64,000 nucleotides of DNA from Myxococcota bacterium (GTDB lineage: Bacteria; Myxococcota_A; UBA9160; UBA6930). The first letter of the stretch is position 1; each line of letters starts with the position of its first letter. Made by a program: the position numbers and the translations under genes. Positions 9,412-19,999 of the stretch are shown here, piece after piece. Location: contig OZ245002.1 of the NCBI GenBank assembly GCA_965223415.1, positions 5,184,001 to 5,248,000 on the forward strand. Direction: 5' to 3'. Below the pieces are notes generated by a model. That model searched no databases, had not been told where the DNA came from, and saw nothing but the letters and a program-made list of their open reading frames with translations.

Positions 9412-9648
9412 TCAGTCCTCGTCGTGTCCGACGAGGGTCGCGACGGGCTCGTGAGAGCCCAGCCAGTGGGCGGGCTTCAAGATCAGCGTGTCGAGGATCA
9501 CACCGATGGGATGCAGGACGTAGGCGACGATCCGGAGCGGGTGGCCAGAGCGGGTGGAATCGTGGTCATGGGCGGCCGCCGGGCTTCCGGCCGCCAACAG
9601 GGCGGCGGCCAGGACGAGGGCTGCCAGGGCGCGGCGAGGGGTCGACAT
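9412..9648 (-). CDS. Small exported/membrane hypothetical protein
   Basis: MSTPRRALAALVLAAALLAAGSPAAA signal peptide then GHPLRIVAYVLHPIGVILDTLILKP; GGAG upstream. Confidence 0.6.
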   Translation of the reverse strand: MSTPRRALAALVLAAALLAAGSPAAAHDHDSTRSGHPLRIVAYVLHPIGVILDTLILKPAHWLGSHEPVATLVGHDED

Positions 9649-9781
9649 CGGTTCGTTCTCTCCCAAACGAGCAGCGCGGGACGCTCTCGGCATCCTACCA
9701 TCATTCCGCGCGTGCGCCGGACATCGGCCCTCGCGCCCCCCGCGTTGTCCCCCAGGGGTGATTTCCCCACAGAGAGAGACT

Positions 9782-10159
9782 ATGAAGATTACCCGCCTCA
9801 ATCACGCCGCCATCAACTGCCAGGGCCAGTGGGAGGCCACCCGCGTCTTCTACACCGAGCTGCTGGGCATCGGGACGACCCCTCGACCGGAGTTCATCGA
9901 GAAAACCATCGGCGGCTGCTGGCTCCAGCTCCCGAACGGCCAGGTCCACGTGATCGACGCCCCCTACGACGGCTCCCCCGGCGCTCCCATCGGCCCCCAC
10001 GTCTCCTACTACGTCGACGACCTCGCCGCCGCCGAAGCCGAGCTCAGTGAGAAGGGCGTCACCTTCACCGCCGCCATGGGCGAGGGCCCCGCCCGCATCC
10101 TCTGGTTCACCGACCCCGCCGGCAACACCGTCGAGCTCCAGCAAGACCCCGACGCCTAA
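9782..10159 (+). CDS. VOC/glyoxalase family protein
   Basis: LNHAAIN...FYTELLG...HVSYYVDDL...WFTDPAGNTVEL. Confidence 0.9.
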   Translation: MKITRLNHAAINCQGQWEATRVFYTELLGIGTTPRPEFIEKTIGGCWLQLPNGQVHVIDAPYDGSPGAPIGPHVSYYVDDLAAAEAELSEKGVTFTAAMGEGPARILWFTDPAGNTVELQQDPDA

Positions 10160-10165
10160 CAAAAC

Positions 10166-10242
10166 ACGCAAGAGCGGGGACGTTCCTTGCAACTTGCGTT
10201 CTTGGAAAACGCAAGTTGCAAGGAACGTCCCCGCTCTTGCGT
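10166..10242. repeat. 35-bp perfect inverted repeat (7-nt loop) between convergent genes; possible bidirectional terminator or REP-like element
   Basis: ACGCAAGAGCGGGGACGTTCCTTGCAACTTGCGTT (10166-10200), loop CTTGGAA, exact reverse complement at 10208-10242; flanked by AAAAC and TGTTT. Confidence 0.9.
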
Positions 10243-10253
10243 TGTTTGGGGGG

Positions 10254-11186
10254 TCAGGGGTCGAGGCGGAGCTCGGCGAAGACGGGGCGGTGGTCGGAGC
10301 CGGTGCCCTGGCCGACTTCGCGACGGGTCGTGACGAGGTCGGGGCTCGTGAGGATGTGATCCAGGGGGAGACCGAGCGGGCCGAGTGCGGCGGGCCAGGT
10401 GGCGAGGTGCCCGTGGCCGGCCCGGGTATCGCGGAGGTCGGCGTCGGCGAGCAGGCGCCGGAAGGCGCGAGACCACGGGGTCGCGTTCAGGTCGCCGAGC
10501 AGCGCGAACCGGCCTGGCCGCTCGCGGCGGATGCGGGCCAGCTCGGCGAGCTGGCGATCGCGCAGGCTCGTGACGAAGGCGCTGAACGGCGGATGGGGAT
10601 GGGCCACCAGCAGGTTCACCGGCTCGCCGTCCACCCGCACGGTCGCCAGCAGTGCCGGGTGGTGTGGATCGCCGCCGAGGAGGCGGACCTCCGGGCGCTC
10701 CAGAGGCAGCCGGCTGTAGAGCGCGATACCGAAGTGGTGCTCCCGGGGCTCGAGCAGGCGATGGGGATGGCCCGGCAGCGCCGCGTTCAGGTCCCGGACC
10801 CAGCGCTCGCTCACCTCGGCGAAGCCCAGCACCTCCGGATTCCGGCCCGCGACCAGGGCGTCGGGCAGGAAGCCGTTCCGGTTGGCCAGGGAGAGGTTGG
10901 CCATGGCGAGCCGCAGCCGCGGGCCCCCCGCGTCGCCCGCCGGCCCGCCGGCGGGGCGCAGGGCGGCCGCGTTCAGCCAGGCGACCGCCGCCAGGAGCGC
11001 CATCGGCAGCACGGCACCGCGCGCAGCGGCGAGACAGGCCAGGCCGAGCCCCGCCAGGGCGTAGTGCAACGGGAAGTGGCTCAGCAACTCGACGGGCCAG
11101 GAGCCATCGCCGAGGCGCGCCAGGGCCGTCGCCCCGGCGAGCCCCACGGCGCCCGCCCACAGGGCCGGCGACGTCACTGCTGCCAC
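10254..11186 (-). CDS. Membrane-anchored endonuclease/exonuclease/phosphatase (EEP) family protein
   Basis: N-terminal TM helices; LGDLNATPWS, LPLDHIL and GSDHRPV motifs. Confidence 0.9.
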   Translation of the reverse strand: MAAVTSPALWAGAVGLAGATALARLGDGSWPVELLSHFPLHYALAGLGLACLAAARGAVLPMALLAAVAWLNAAALRPAGGPAGDAGGPRLRLAMANLSLANRNGFLPDALVAGRNPEVLGFAEVSERWVRDLNAALPGHPHRLLEPREHHFGIALYSRLPLERPEVRLLGGDPHHPALLATVRVDGEPVNLLVAHPHPPFSAFVTSLRDRQLAELARIRRERPGRFALLGDLNATPWSRAFRRLLADADLRDTRAGHGHLATWPAALGPLGLPLDHILTSPDLVTTRREVGQGTGSDHRPVFAELRLDP

Positions 11187-11265
11187 CTCAGCCGCGAAGC
11201 CGGCGCCCTCACCGCTGCCGCCTCGGCCGCCGGGCCGGCGCCCTCACCGCTGCCGCCTCAGCGGG
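11164..11265. repeat. Three-copy imperfect tandem repeat, 35-nt period, spanning the actP stop and the EEP start
   Basis: GCCGGCG..TCAC.GCTGCC.CCTC units start at 11164, 11199 and 11234. Confidence 0.8.
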
Positions 11266-12952
11266 CGCGGCGCGGCAGCCGGATCTCCTCGACCAGCCGC
11301 CGCACGTCCTCGGGCGGCGGCTCGGTGAAGCGGCTCACCGTCAACGCCACGGCGAAGTTGAGCAGCATCCCCACGCTGCCGATGCCTTCCGGGCTGATGC
11401 CCCACCACCATGCGTCCGCCCCCGCGGTCGGGTCCACGTACTTGAACCAGATGATGTAGCTGGCCGTGAAGCCGATGCCCGTCAGCATGCCAGCGATGGC
11501 GCCCCACTTCGTCGTGCGCGTCGTGAAGATGCCAAGCACCAGCGCCGGGAAGAAGCTCGAGGCGGCCAGGCCGAAGGCGAAGGCCACCACCTGGGCGACG
11601 AAGCCCGGTGGGTAGATGCCGAACAGCCCGGCGATCAGCACCGCGACGCCGGCGGCGCCGCGGGCCATCCCGAGCTCCCGGCGCTCGCTCATCCCGGGAC
11701 GGAGCCAGCTCTTGCCGATGTCGTGGGAAATCGCCGAGGAGATCACGAGCAGCAGCCCCGCCGCGGTCGAGAGCGCTGCGGCGAGCCCCCCGGCGGCGAC
11801 CAAGGCGACGATCCAGGCCGGCAGGCGCGCGATCTCCGGATTCGCGAGCACCATGATGTCCCGATCGACCCGCAGCTCGTTCGTCTCCGCGTTGCCGCTG
11901 TAGCGGATGCGCCCGTCGCCGTCCTTGTCCTCGAAGCCGATCAGGCCCGTGGCCTCCCAGCTCCGGAACCAGACCGGGGCCTCCTCGTAGGCCACGCCGT
12001 TCAGGTCCTGGATCATGTTCACGCGGGCGAAGGCGGCCACCGCCGGCGCCGTCGTGTAGAGCAACGCGATGAAGACCAGGGCCCACAGCGCGCTCCAGCG
12101 TGCCGCCCGGGCGCTCGGCACGGTGTAGAAGCGGATCAGCACGTGGGGGAGGCCGGCCGTGCCGACCATCAGCGCCGCGGTGATGGCGAACACGTCCACC
12201 ATGCTCTTCTTGCCCGGCAGCCAGGCCCCCGTGTACTCCGGGAGCCCGAGCTCCCGGTGCAGGGCGTCGAGGGTCTCGAGCAGGAAGCGCCCGGCGTTCG
12301 CGCCCTCGGCGACGCTCCCGCCGAAGCCGATCTGCGGAATCGGATTGCCGGTGATCTTCCAGGAGATCGCGGCGGCCGGGATCAGGTAGGCGACGATCAG
12401 CACGCAGTACTGGGCCACCTGGGTGTAGGTGATCCCGCGCATTCCGCCGAGGGTCGCGTAGAAGAACACGATGGCCATGCCAAGCACCACGCCGGTCGTC
12501 ACGTCCACCTCGAGGAAGCGCGAGAACACGACGCCCACGCCGCGCATCTGCCCCGCGATGTAGGTGAACGAGACGAAGATCGTGCACAGGGCGCCGACCA
12601 GGCGGGCGAGCTGCGAGTGGTAGCGGTCACCGAGGAACTCGGAGGTGGTGAACTTCCCGTACTTCCGCAGGTAGGGCGCGAGCAGCAGGGCCAGGAGGAC
12701 GTAGCCCCCGGTCCAGCCCATCAGGTAGATGGTGCCGGTGTAGCCCATGAAGGAGATGAGCCCGGCCATCGAGATGAAGGACGCCGCGCTCATCCAGTCC
12801 GCGCCGGTGGCCATGCCGTTGGCCAGGGCCGGCACCCCGCGGCCCGCCACGTAGAAGCCGGCGGTCGAGCGGACCCGGCTCAGGACGGCGATGCCGATGT
12901 AGAGGCTGAACGTCAGGCCGACGAGCAGGTACGTCCAGGCCTGCACGTCCAT
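11258..12952 (-). CDS. actP: Cation/acetate symporter (sodium:solute symporter family)
   Basis: ANGMATGADWMSAASF, GTAGLPHVLIRFYTV, AGGLAAALSTAAGLLL; preceded by a DUF4212 gene. Confidence 0.88.
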   Translation of the reverse strand: MDVQAWTYLLVGLTFSLYIGIAVLSRVRSTAGFYVAGRGVPALANGMATGADWMSAASFISMAGLISFMGYTGTIYLMGWTGGYVLLALLLAPYLRKYGKFTTSEFLGDRYHSQLARLVGALCTIFVSFTYIAGQMRGVGVVFSRFLEVDVTTGVVLGMAIVFFYATLGGMRGITYTQVAQYCVLIVAYLIPAAAISWKITGNPIPQIGFGGSVAEGANAGRFLLETLDALHRELGLPEYTGAWLPGKKSMVDVFAITAALMVGTAGLPHVLIRFYTVPSARAARWSALWALVFIALLYTTAPAVAAFARVNMIQDLNGVAYEEAPVWFRSWEATGLIGFEDKDGDGRIRYSGNAETNELRVDRDIMVLANPEIARLPAWIVALVAAGGLAAALSTAAGLLLVISSAISHDIGKSWLRPGMSERRELGMARGAAGVAVLIAGLFGIYPPGFVAQVVAFAFGLAASSFFPALVLGIFTTRTTKWGAIAGMLTGIGFTASYIIWFKYVDPTAGADAWWWGISPEGIGSVGMLLNFAVALTVSRFTEPPPEDVRRLVEEIRLPRRAR

Positions 12953-12953
12953 G

Positions 12954-13237
<284 letters not shown>

Positions 13238-13238
<1 letters not shown>

Positions 13239-14440
13239 CAGTGGACGGTCTGCCCCAGGGTCCTGGCGCCGATCAGCGCCCGCACCGCGTCCGCGATGCC
13301 GTCCACCGAGAGGTGGAACATCGGGAACAGCCGGCTGATGATCCGTGTCGTGTGGGCCTGGTCCCAGACGTCCGGCGCGTCCGGGTTGAGCCACACGACG
13401 CGTTCGAAGTGGTCATTGATGGCGTGGAGCCAGTCGATGCCGCTGGTCTGGGCCGTCCGCCGCGGATCGATGTTGCCGAACTCCTCCATCAGCTCCGCCG
13501 GGTGCATCGCCGCGTCGCCGACGATCATCACCTTCCAGCGAGGATCGAGCTTGCGCAGGACGTCGCCGGTCGGGACCGCGTCCTTCCGCAGCAGCGCCGC
13601 CGTGGTGCCGAGCATCTCGTAGGGGCAGTTGTGGAAGTAGTAGGCCTTGAACTCCTTCAGGCCCCGCTCCTCGTGGAGCGCCGTGAGCAGCCGGCTCACC
13701 GGCTCGTAGTAGGGGTCCATCGTGCCACCGACGTCCATCAAGAGGAGCAGCCGCACGTTGTTTCGCTTCTCGGGCCGGAACACCAGCTCGATCTCGCCGG
13801 CGTTCTTGCACGTCTCGTCGATGGTCTCGGGGAGATCGAGCTCGGTGGCCGGCCCCACCCGGGTGAGCTGGCGCAGCCGGCGCAGCGCCATCTGGATCTG
13901 GCGGATGTCCAGGGACGCGTCGGTGCGGTAGTCCCGGAAGCGTCGCTCCTGGGCGACCTTCATGGCGGAGCGACCCCTGCTCTGGCCCCCCACCCGGATG
14001 CCGGTGGGATGTTCCCCGCCGTGGCCGAAGGGCGAGCGCCCTCCGGTACCGACCCACTTGTCGCCCCCGTCGTGGCGCTCGGTCTGCTCGGCCAGGCGCT
14101 CGAGGAACTGCTGCATCAGCTCGTCGCCGGTGAGCCATTCGAGCGCCTGCTTCTGCTCCTCGGTCAGCTCCTGGAAGTTCTTCGGATCCCGCAGCCAATC
14201 GAGCACTTCCTCCTCGATCGCGAGCTCGCCCTCCACGCCTTCGAAGACGTGGAGGAAGACCCGGTCGAAGGCGTCGAAGTAGGTCTCGCTCTTGACGAGC
14301 AGCGCACGGGAGAGGTTGTAGAAGCGGCGCAGGCTCGAGCCGTGGAGGCCCTTCTTCACGGCCTCCATGAGCATCATCCACTCCTGCATCCCCACCGGGA
14401 CGCCCTCTTCGCGGAGCTCGTAGAAGAAGTCGAGGAACAC
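13238..14440 (-). CDS. VWA-domain (CoxE-like) partner of a MoxR ATPase
   Basis: [12 protein letters not shown] (MIDAS-like), [22 protein letters not shown]. Confidence 0.85.
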
Positions 14441-14457
14441 GGCGCACCCGCTCGTGG

Positions 14458-15342
<885 letters not shown>

Positions 15343-15398
15343 GGCGCCGGATTCTAGCCGCGCCGGGGGCCCCGTCACGCGCCCTGGGGCATTCCGCC

Positions 15399-16061
15399 CT
15401 AGGCCTCCGGTGACCAGAGCGGCTCGGGGATCTCGAAGCCGACCGGCTGGTCCCAGTGATTGCGGCGGGCCACCTCGTGGACCGGCGTGCGCGGGGCCAC
15501 GCCCCAGCGGCCGGTCGGGTAGCCCATCGTCACGCAGCAGTTGAACTGCCAGCCCGCGTCCTTCGGCACGCCGAGGATCTCGAGCACCGGGTCGATCCGG
15601 AAGAGCATGACGCTGGTCAGGGCCGAGCCCACCCCCTCCGCCCGGGCCGCGAGCATGGCGCTCCACACGCCGGGGAAGATCGAGCCGCCGGTCGTATCGA
15701 ACTGGGAGAAGGCGAACAACAGCAGCGGGTAGTCCTCGAAGTGGTCCGCGAGCCACTGGGCCGAGCGCTGCATCGTCAGGAACTGGCGGCTGTCCACGCT
15801 GTCCGGGTCGGCGGCCGCGGCGTCGGCCTGGGGCTTGTAGACCGTCTCCCAGAGCTGGCCCAGACACTGGCGGTAGATCGGGCCGAGCCGGGCCTTCACC
15901 GCCGGATCGTCGACCAAGAGGAAGCGCCAGGCCTGGGCGTTGCCGCCGCTCGGCGCCCGGATGGCCGCGTCCAGGATGCGCTGCTGCACGCCTTCGGGGA
16001 TGGGATCGGTCTTCACCCTGCGCATGGCGCGGGTCGTGTAGAGGGCTTCGTACAGGTCCAA
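15399..16061 (-). CDS. Nitroreductase family protein
   Basis: TTRAMRR, AAIRAPSGGNAQAWRF, LAARAEGVGS, MGYP; TTG start with AAGGAG RBS. Confidence 0.88.
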   Translation of the reverse strand: MDLYEALYTTRAMRRVKTDPIPEGVQQRILDAAIRAPSGGNAQAWRFLLVDDPAVKARLGPIYRQCLGQLWETVYKPQADAAAADPDSVDSRQFLTMQRSAQWLADHFEDYPLLLFAFSQFDTTGGSIFPGVWSAMLAARAEGVGSALTSVMLFRIDPVLEILGVPKDAGWQFNCCVTMGYPTGRWGVAPRTPVHEVARRNHWDQPVGFEIPEPLWSPEA

Positions 16062-16140
16062 CGCCGGGCTCCTTGGTGGATTCGCGGACGAGCATGCCAC
16101 ATTCCTTGGCCCGATCGCCGAGAGCTGCGAAGCTGAACCC

Positions 16141-18216
16141 GTGACCCGCATCGCGCTCGCCCTGGCTCTCGTCACGCTGCTCGCGGCCACCGCGCGGGCG
16201 GAGCTTCGCGAGATCGAGCTCACCATCGCCCGGCAAAGCGTGGACTTCACGGGGCGGCCCGTGGAGGCGATGACGGTGAACGGCGGCATTCCCGGCCCGA
16301 CGCTCGTCTTCCGCGAGGGCGACCGGGCCCGAATCCACGTGCACAACCGCATGGACGTCGAGACGTCGGTCCACTGGCACGGGCTGCTACTCCCGAACCG
16401 GGAGGACGGCGTGCCCTACCTGACGACGCCGCCGATCCTGCCCGGGACGACGTACACCTACGAGTTCCCGCTGCGCCAGGCCGGCACCTACTGGTACCAC
16501 TCCAACACGAAGCTCCAGGAGCAGCGCGGGGTCTACGGCGGGATCGTCATCCATCCGCGAGTGACGCCGGCGGGCGTCCTCCCGCGGGAGCACGTGCTGG
16601 TGCTCTCGGATTGGACCGACGAGGACCCGAACGAGGTCTGGCGCAACCTGCGGGCCGGCCGCGAGGACTACGCCTACGCCAAGGGCAGTCTGCAGACGGT
16701 CTGGGGCGCGCTTCGCGCCGGCCCGCTGGGCTCGACCCTGCGCCGCGCCTGGGGTCGCATGCCGCCCATGGACGTCTCGGACGTGGCCTACGACCGCTTC
16801 CTCGCGAACGGCGCGCCGGAGAGCACGCTCCGGGCCGCGGCCGGTGAACGCCTCCGGGTGCGCGTCATCAACGCGGCCGCGTCGAGCTACTTCTACCTCG
16901 ACTGGTCCGGCGGCCCGATGCGCCTGGTCGCCGCCGACGGCCCCGAGGTGGAGCCCACGGACACCCACCGCCTGCTGATCGGCGTCGCCGAGACCTACGA
17001 CCTCCTGCTCCAAGCCCCCCACCACGGCCGCGCCGAGCTCCGCGCCACGGCCCAGGACGGCAGCGGCCACGCCTCCCTGTGGATCGGCCACGGCCCCGAT
17101 CACCCGGCCACGCCTCCGCCGCCGCCGGATCCCTATCGCATGGACCACCAACACCCGGACGCCCCCGAAGCCGCCGACTCTTCCCACGGCGGGAGCCACC
17201 GAATGCACCACGGCCACGAAGCCGAGCCCGAAGACGACGGGAACGCACCCGAAGCTCCCGCCCTCCGGCGGCCGGGAGCGCCCTACCGAGCCTTGCGGGC
17301 GCGCGAGGCGACGCTCGCGGCGGCCGAGGCACCGCGGCGCACGATCCGGATGCGGCTCACGGGGGACATGGAGCGGTACACGTGGCACTTCGACGGCAAG
17401 ACGCTGAACGAGGCGGATGTCATCCCGGTGCGGCGCGGCGAGGTGCTGCGCATCGAGTTCGAGAACGAGACGATGATGCACCACCCGCTCCATCTGCACG
17501 GGCACTTCTTCCGCGTGCTCGAGGGTCAGGGCGATCGCGCGCCCCTCAAGCACACGGTGGACGTGCCGCCCATGGGCCGGCGCACCATCGAGTTCCTCGC
17601 CGATGCGGACAAGGACTGGTTCTTCCACTGCCACGTCCTCTACCACATGAAGGCGGGCATGAGCCGCATCTTCCACTACGAGGGGTCCGAGCCGGCCCCG
17701 GACATCGCCGCCATGCGCGATCGGCTGTTCGGCGATCCCTGGGCGGTGTGGGCCGACGCCGTGCTCCAGAGCCACCGCAGCGAGGGCGAGATCGTCGCCT
17801 CGCGCACCCGCCAGAGCCTGCGCCTGGGTTGGGAGGTGGGCTGGCAACGGGTGGACGGGGCGGAGCACGAGACCTGGCTGCTGGCGGAGCACCACGTCGA
17901 CCGTTTCCTGAGCGTCTTCACCGGCGCGAGCCTCGAGCACGAGCGGAACGCCGCCGTGCTCGGCCTCACCTACCACCTGCCCCTGAACCTTCACTCCCGC
18001 GCCTGGGTCGACCACCACGGCGACCTCCGGGTCGGCCTCGAGAAGGAGCTCGACCTGACGCGCCGCCTCGGCTGGTTCGGCGACGTGGAGTTCGACACCG
18101 AGGGCGGCTTCGAGGGGGCCACCGGTCTCCGCTGGCGGATGGGACGGCGCTGGTCGCTCACGGCCTCCTGGCACTCGGAGAACGGCGCCGGCGCGGGCAT
18201 CGAGCTGCGCTACTGA
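16141..18216 (+). CDS. Multicopper oxidase (CopA-like) with His-rich linker and C-terminal beta-strand-rich domain
   Basis: Signal peptide; HWHG, WYHSN (normally HSH), HPLHLHGH, HCHVLYHMKAGM; C-terminus ends GIELRY. Confidence 0.9.
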   Translation: MTRIALALALVTLLAATARAELREIELTIARQSVDFTGRPVEAMTVNGGIPGPTLVFREGDRARIHVHNRMDVETSVHWHGLLLPNREDGVPYLTTPPILPGTTYTYEFPLRQAGTYWYHSNTKLQEQRGVYGGIVIHPRVTPAGVLPREHVLVLSDWTDEDPNEVWRNLRAGREDYAYAKGSLQTVWGALRAGPLGSTLRRAWGRMPPMDVSDVAYDRFLANGAPESTLRAAAGERLRVRVINAAASSYFYLDWSGGPMRLVAADGPEVEPTDTHRLLIGVAETYDLLLQAPHHGRAELRATAQDGSGHASLWIGHGPDHPATPPPPPDPYRMDHQHPDAPEAADSSHGGSHRMHHGHEAEPEDDGNAPEAPALRRPGAPYRALRAREATLAAAEAPRRTIRMRLTGDMERYTWHFDGKTLNEADVIPVRRGEVLRIEFENETMMHHPLHLHGHFFRVLEGQGDRAPLKHTVDVPPMGRRTIEFLADADKDWFFHCHVLYHMKAGMSRIFHYEGSEPAPDIAAMRDRLFGDPWAVWADAVLQSHRSEGEIVASRTRQSLRLGWEVGWQRVDGAEHETWLLAEHHVDRFLSVFTGASLEHERNAAVLGLTYHLPLNLHSRAWVDHHGDLRVGLEKELDLTRRLGWFGDVEFDTEGGFEGATGLRWRMGRRWSLTASWHSENGAGAGIELRY

Positions 18217-18243
18217 GCGGCGGGCTGTGCCACCCTACCGCCC

Positions 18244-19272
18244 ATGGCCGAGCTGTCGGATCGGGTCGCCGCCTACGCCGCCCGGCGGATGCCGGACGCG
18301 CGGGACGTCCGCGTGTCCGGCCTCGAGCGCATCTTCGGCGGCGCCTCCCGCCAGACCTTCCGCTTCGTCCTGCACGCCACCGTGGACGGCCGGGAGACGG
18401 AGCGCCGGCTGATCCTGCGCCGGGACCCGCCGGGCAGCCTGATCGAGACCGACCGCGCCATCGAGTTCGGCGCCTACCGCGCGTTCCACGGCAGCGACGT
18501 GCCCGTACCCGAGCCGATCTGGCTCGAAGAGGATCCGAGCCACCTCGACCATCCCTTCTTCGTGATGGAAGAGCTGGTCGGGCTCGAGGCTTCGCCCCAG
18601 ACGATCCTGCTGCCTCCCTACGCCGAGCACCTCGAGGCGATCGGCCGCCGCAAGTGGACGATCCTCGGCCGCATCGCCGCCGCCGATCCGGAAGGCCTCG
18701 ACCTGCCGAAGGCCATGCAGCCGGTCGCGCCGCAGCGCGCCTGGGCCCGGGAGCTCGACTACTGGGAGTCGGTCCTCGACGACGACGAGCTCTCTCCCCA
18801 ACCGATCATCCGCGCCGCGATCCGCTGGCTGCGCCGCCATCCCCCGCCGCCGGCCCAGAAGATCTCGGTCGTGCACGGCGACTACCGCACCGGCAACTTC
18901 CTCTACGACGCCGAGGGCGGAATCCGCGGCATCCTCGACTGGGAGATGGCCCACCTGGGCGATCCGCTCGAGGATCTGGCCTGGGGGCTCAACCGGATCT
19001 GGTGCTGGGCCCGCGACGACCGGCGCGGCGGCCTGCTGCCGAAGGAGGAGGCAGTGGCGATCTGGCAGGAGGCCAGCGGCCTCGTCGCGAACTCGGAGGC
19101 TCTTCACTGGTGGGAGCTCTTCTCCTGCGTGAAGGGCCAGGGCATCTGGATCTCCGCCGCCCGCGAGTTCCACGACGGCCAGAACCACGATCCGATCATG
19201 GCCATGTCGAGCTGGGCCATGACCAACAGCCAGGACCGGGCGGCCCTCGAGCTGCTGGGGAAGCTCCCGTGA
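18244..19272 (+). CDS. Phosphotransferase (APH/ACAD10-N-like) family protein
   Basis: GGASRQT, VHGDYRTGN, LDWEMAHLGDPLEDL. Confidence 0.9.
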   Translation: MAELSDRVAAYAARRMPDARDVRVSGLERIFGGASRQTFRFVLHATVDGRETERRLILRRDPPGSLIETDRAIEFGAYRAFHGSDVPVPEPIWLEEDPSHLDHPFFVMEELVGLEASPQTILLPPYAEHLEAIGRRKWTILGRIAAADPEGLDLPKAMQPVAPQRAWARELDYWESVLDDDELSPQPIIRAAIRWLRRHPPPPAQKISVVHGDYRTGNFLYDAEGGIRGILDWEMAHLGDPLEDLAWGLNRIWCWARDDRRGGLLPKEEAVAIWQEASGLVANSEALHWWELFSCVKGQGIWISAAREFHDGQNHDPIMAMSSWAMTNSQDRAALELLGKLP

Positions 19273-19715
19273 GGCCCGACGTCCCCCTCGTGCTCGAGCG
19301 AACCCTGGGCCAGCTCGCCATGGAGGTGCTGCCCGCTCTGCCCTCCGGCTACGCCCAAGGCGCCTTCGGCGCCCAGCTCGCCCTGCTCGCCGCCATCCGC
19401 GAAGAGGTGGACCGCGCCGCCGCGCGACGGGTGGAGGAGAACCGCGCCCTTCGCGAGCTCCTGGCCCGCGGCGCCGGGACCGTCACGGAGCCGTCCCTCG
19501 CGGCGCGCCTGCGCGAGGCCGGCGGCGGTGCCGACGACGACCTCACGGTGAGCGCCCTGCAGGAGGCCAACGACACCCTGCGCGGCCTGCTGACCCTGCT
19601 GCACGCGCGGCTCGAAGAGCAAGACGACCCGGCCGCCCGCGCCCTCGAGGCCGACCTGTGGGACGAGCTCCGCCGCTCCACCGAGCGCAGGGCGCTCTCG
19701 ATGGGCCCGTTCTGA
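19269..19715 (+). CDS. Hypothetical alpha-helical protein coupled to the phosphotransferase
   Basis: GTGA overlap with the upstream stop; MRPDVPLVLERTLGQLAMEVLP...; typical codon bias. Confidence 0.75.
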   Translation: MRPDVPLVLERTLGQLAMEVLPALPSGYAQGAFGAQLALLAAIREEVDRAAARRVEENRALRELLARGAGTVTEPSLAARLREAGGGADDDLTVSALQEANDTLRGLLTLLHARLEEQDDPAARALEADLWDELRRSTERRALSMGPF

Positions 19716-19999
19716 ACGCCGGGCGTCAGGTCGCCAGCTGGCTGAGCGGGCCGTCCCTACGCGGGCGCAGCGGCTCGCGGCCCGGGCGCGAGCTCAGGTG
19801 GCGCGGACCCGGCTCGGCTCCCTCCACCAGCCGACGGCCAGGGCGACGCGCGGATCGGGCCGCGCGGCCCGCTGCACCAGGACTGGAGGAACCCGCCGCG
19901 CCCGTGGGCCTGACGCACCACCGTGCGCACGATCGCGTGCCCAGCGCGCCCGTCTCTCCGAGGAAGCCCGGTACGCGTTTCACATTTCTGAGACCGGCT

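Noticed and set aside
11164..11265. CRISPR array
   Set aside because: Units are degenerate and near-contiguous, with no unique ~30-nt spacers and no cas genes.
19922..19945. Possible sigma54 promoter on the minus strand (GGCACGCGATCGTGC)
   Set aside because: GG-to-GC spacing is 11 rather than the required 10, and no convincing downstream gene.
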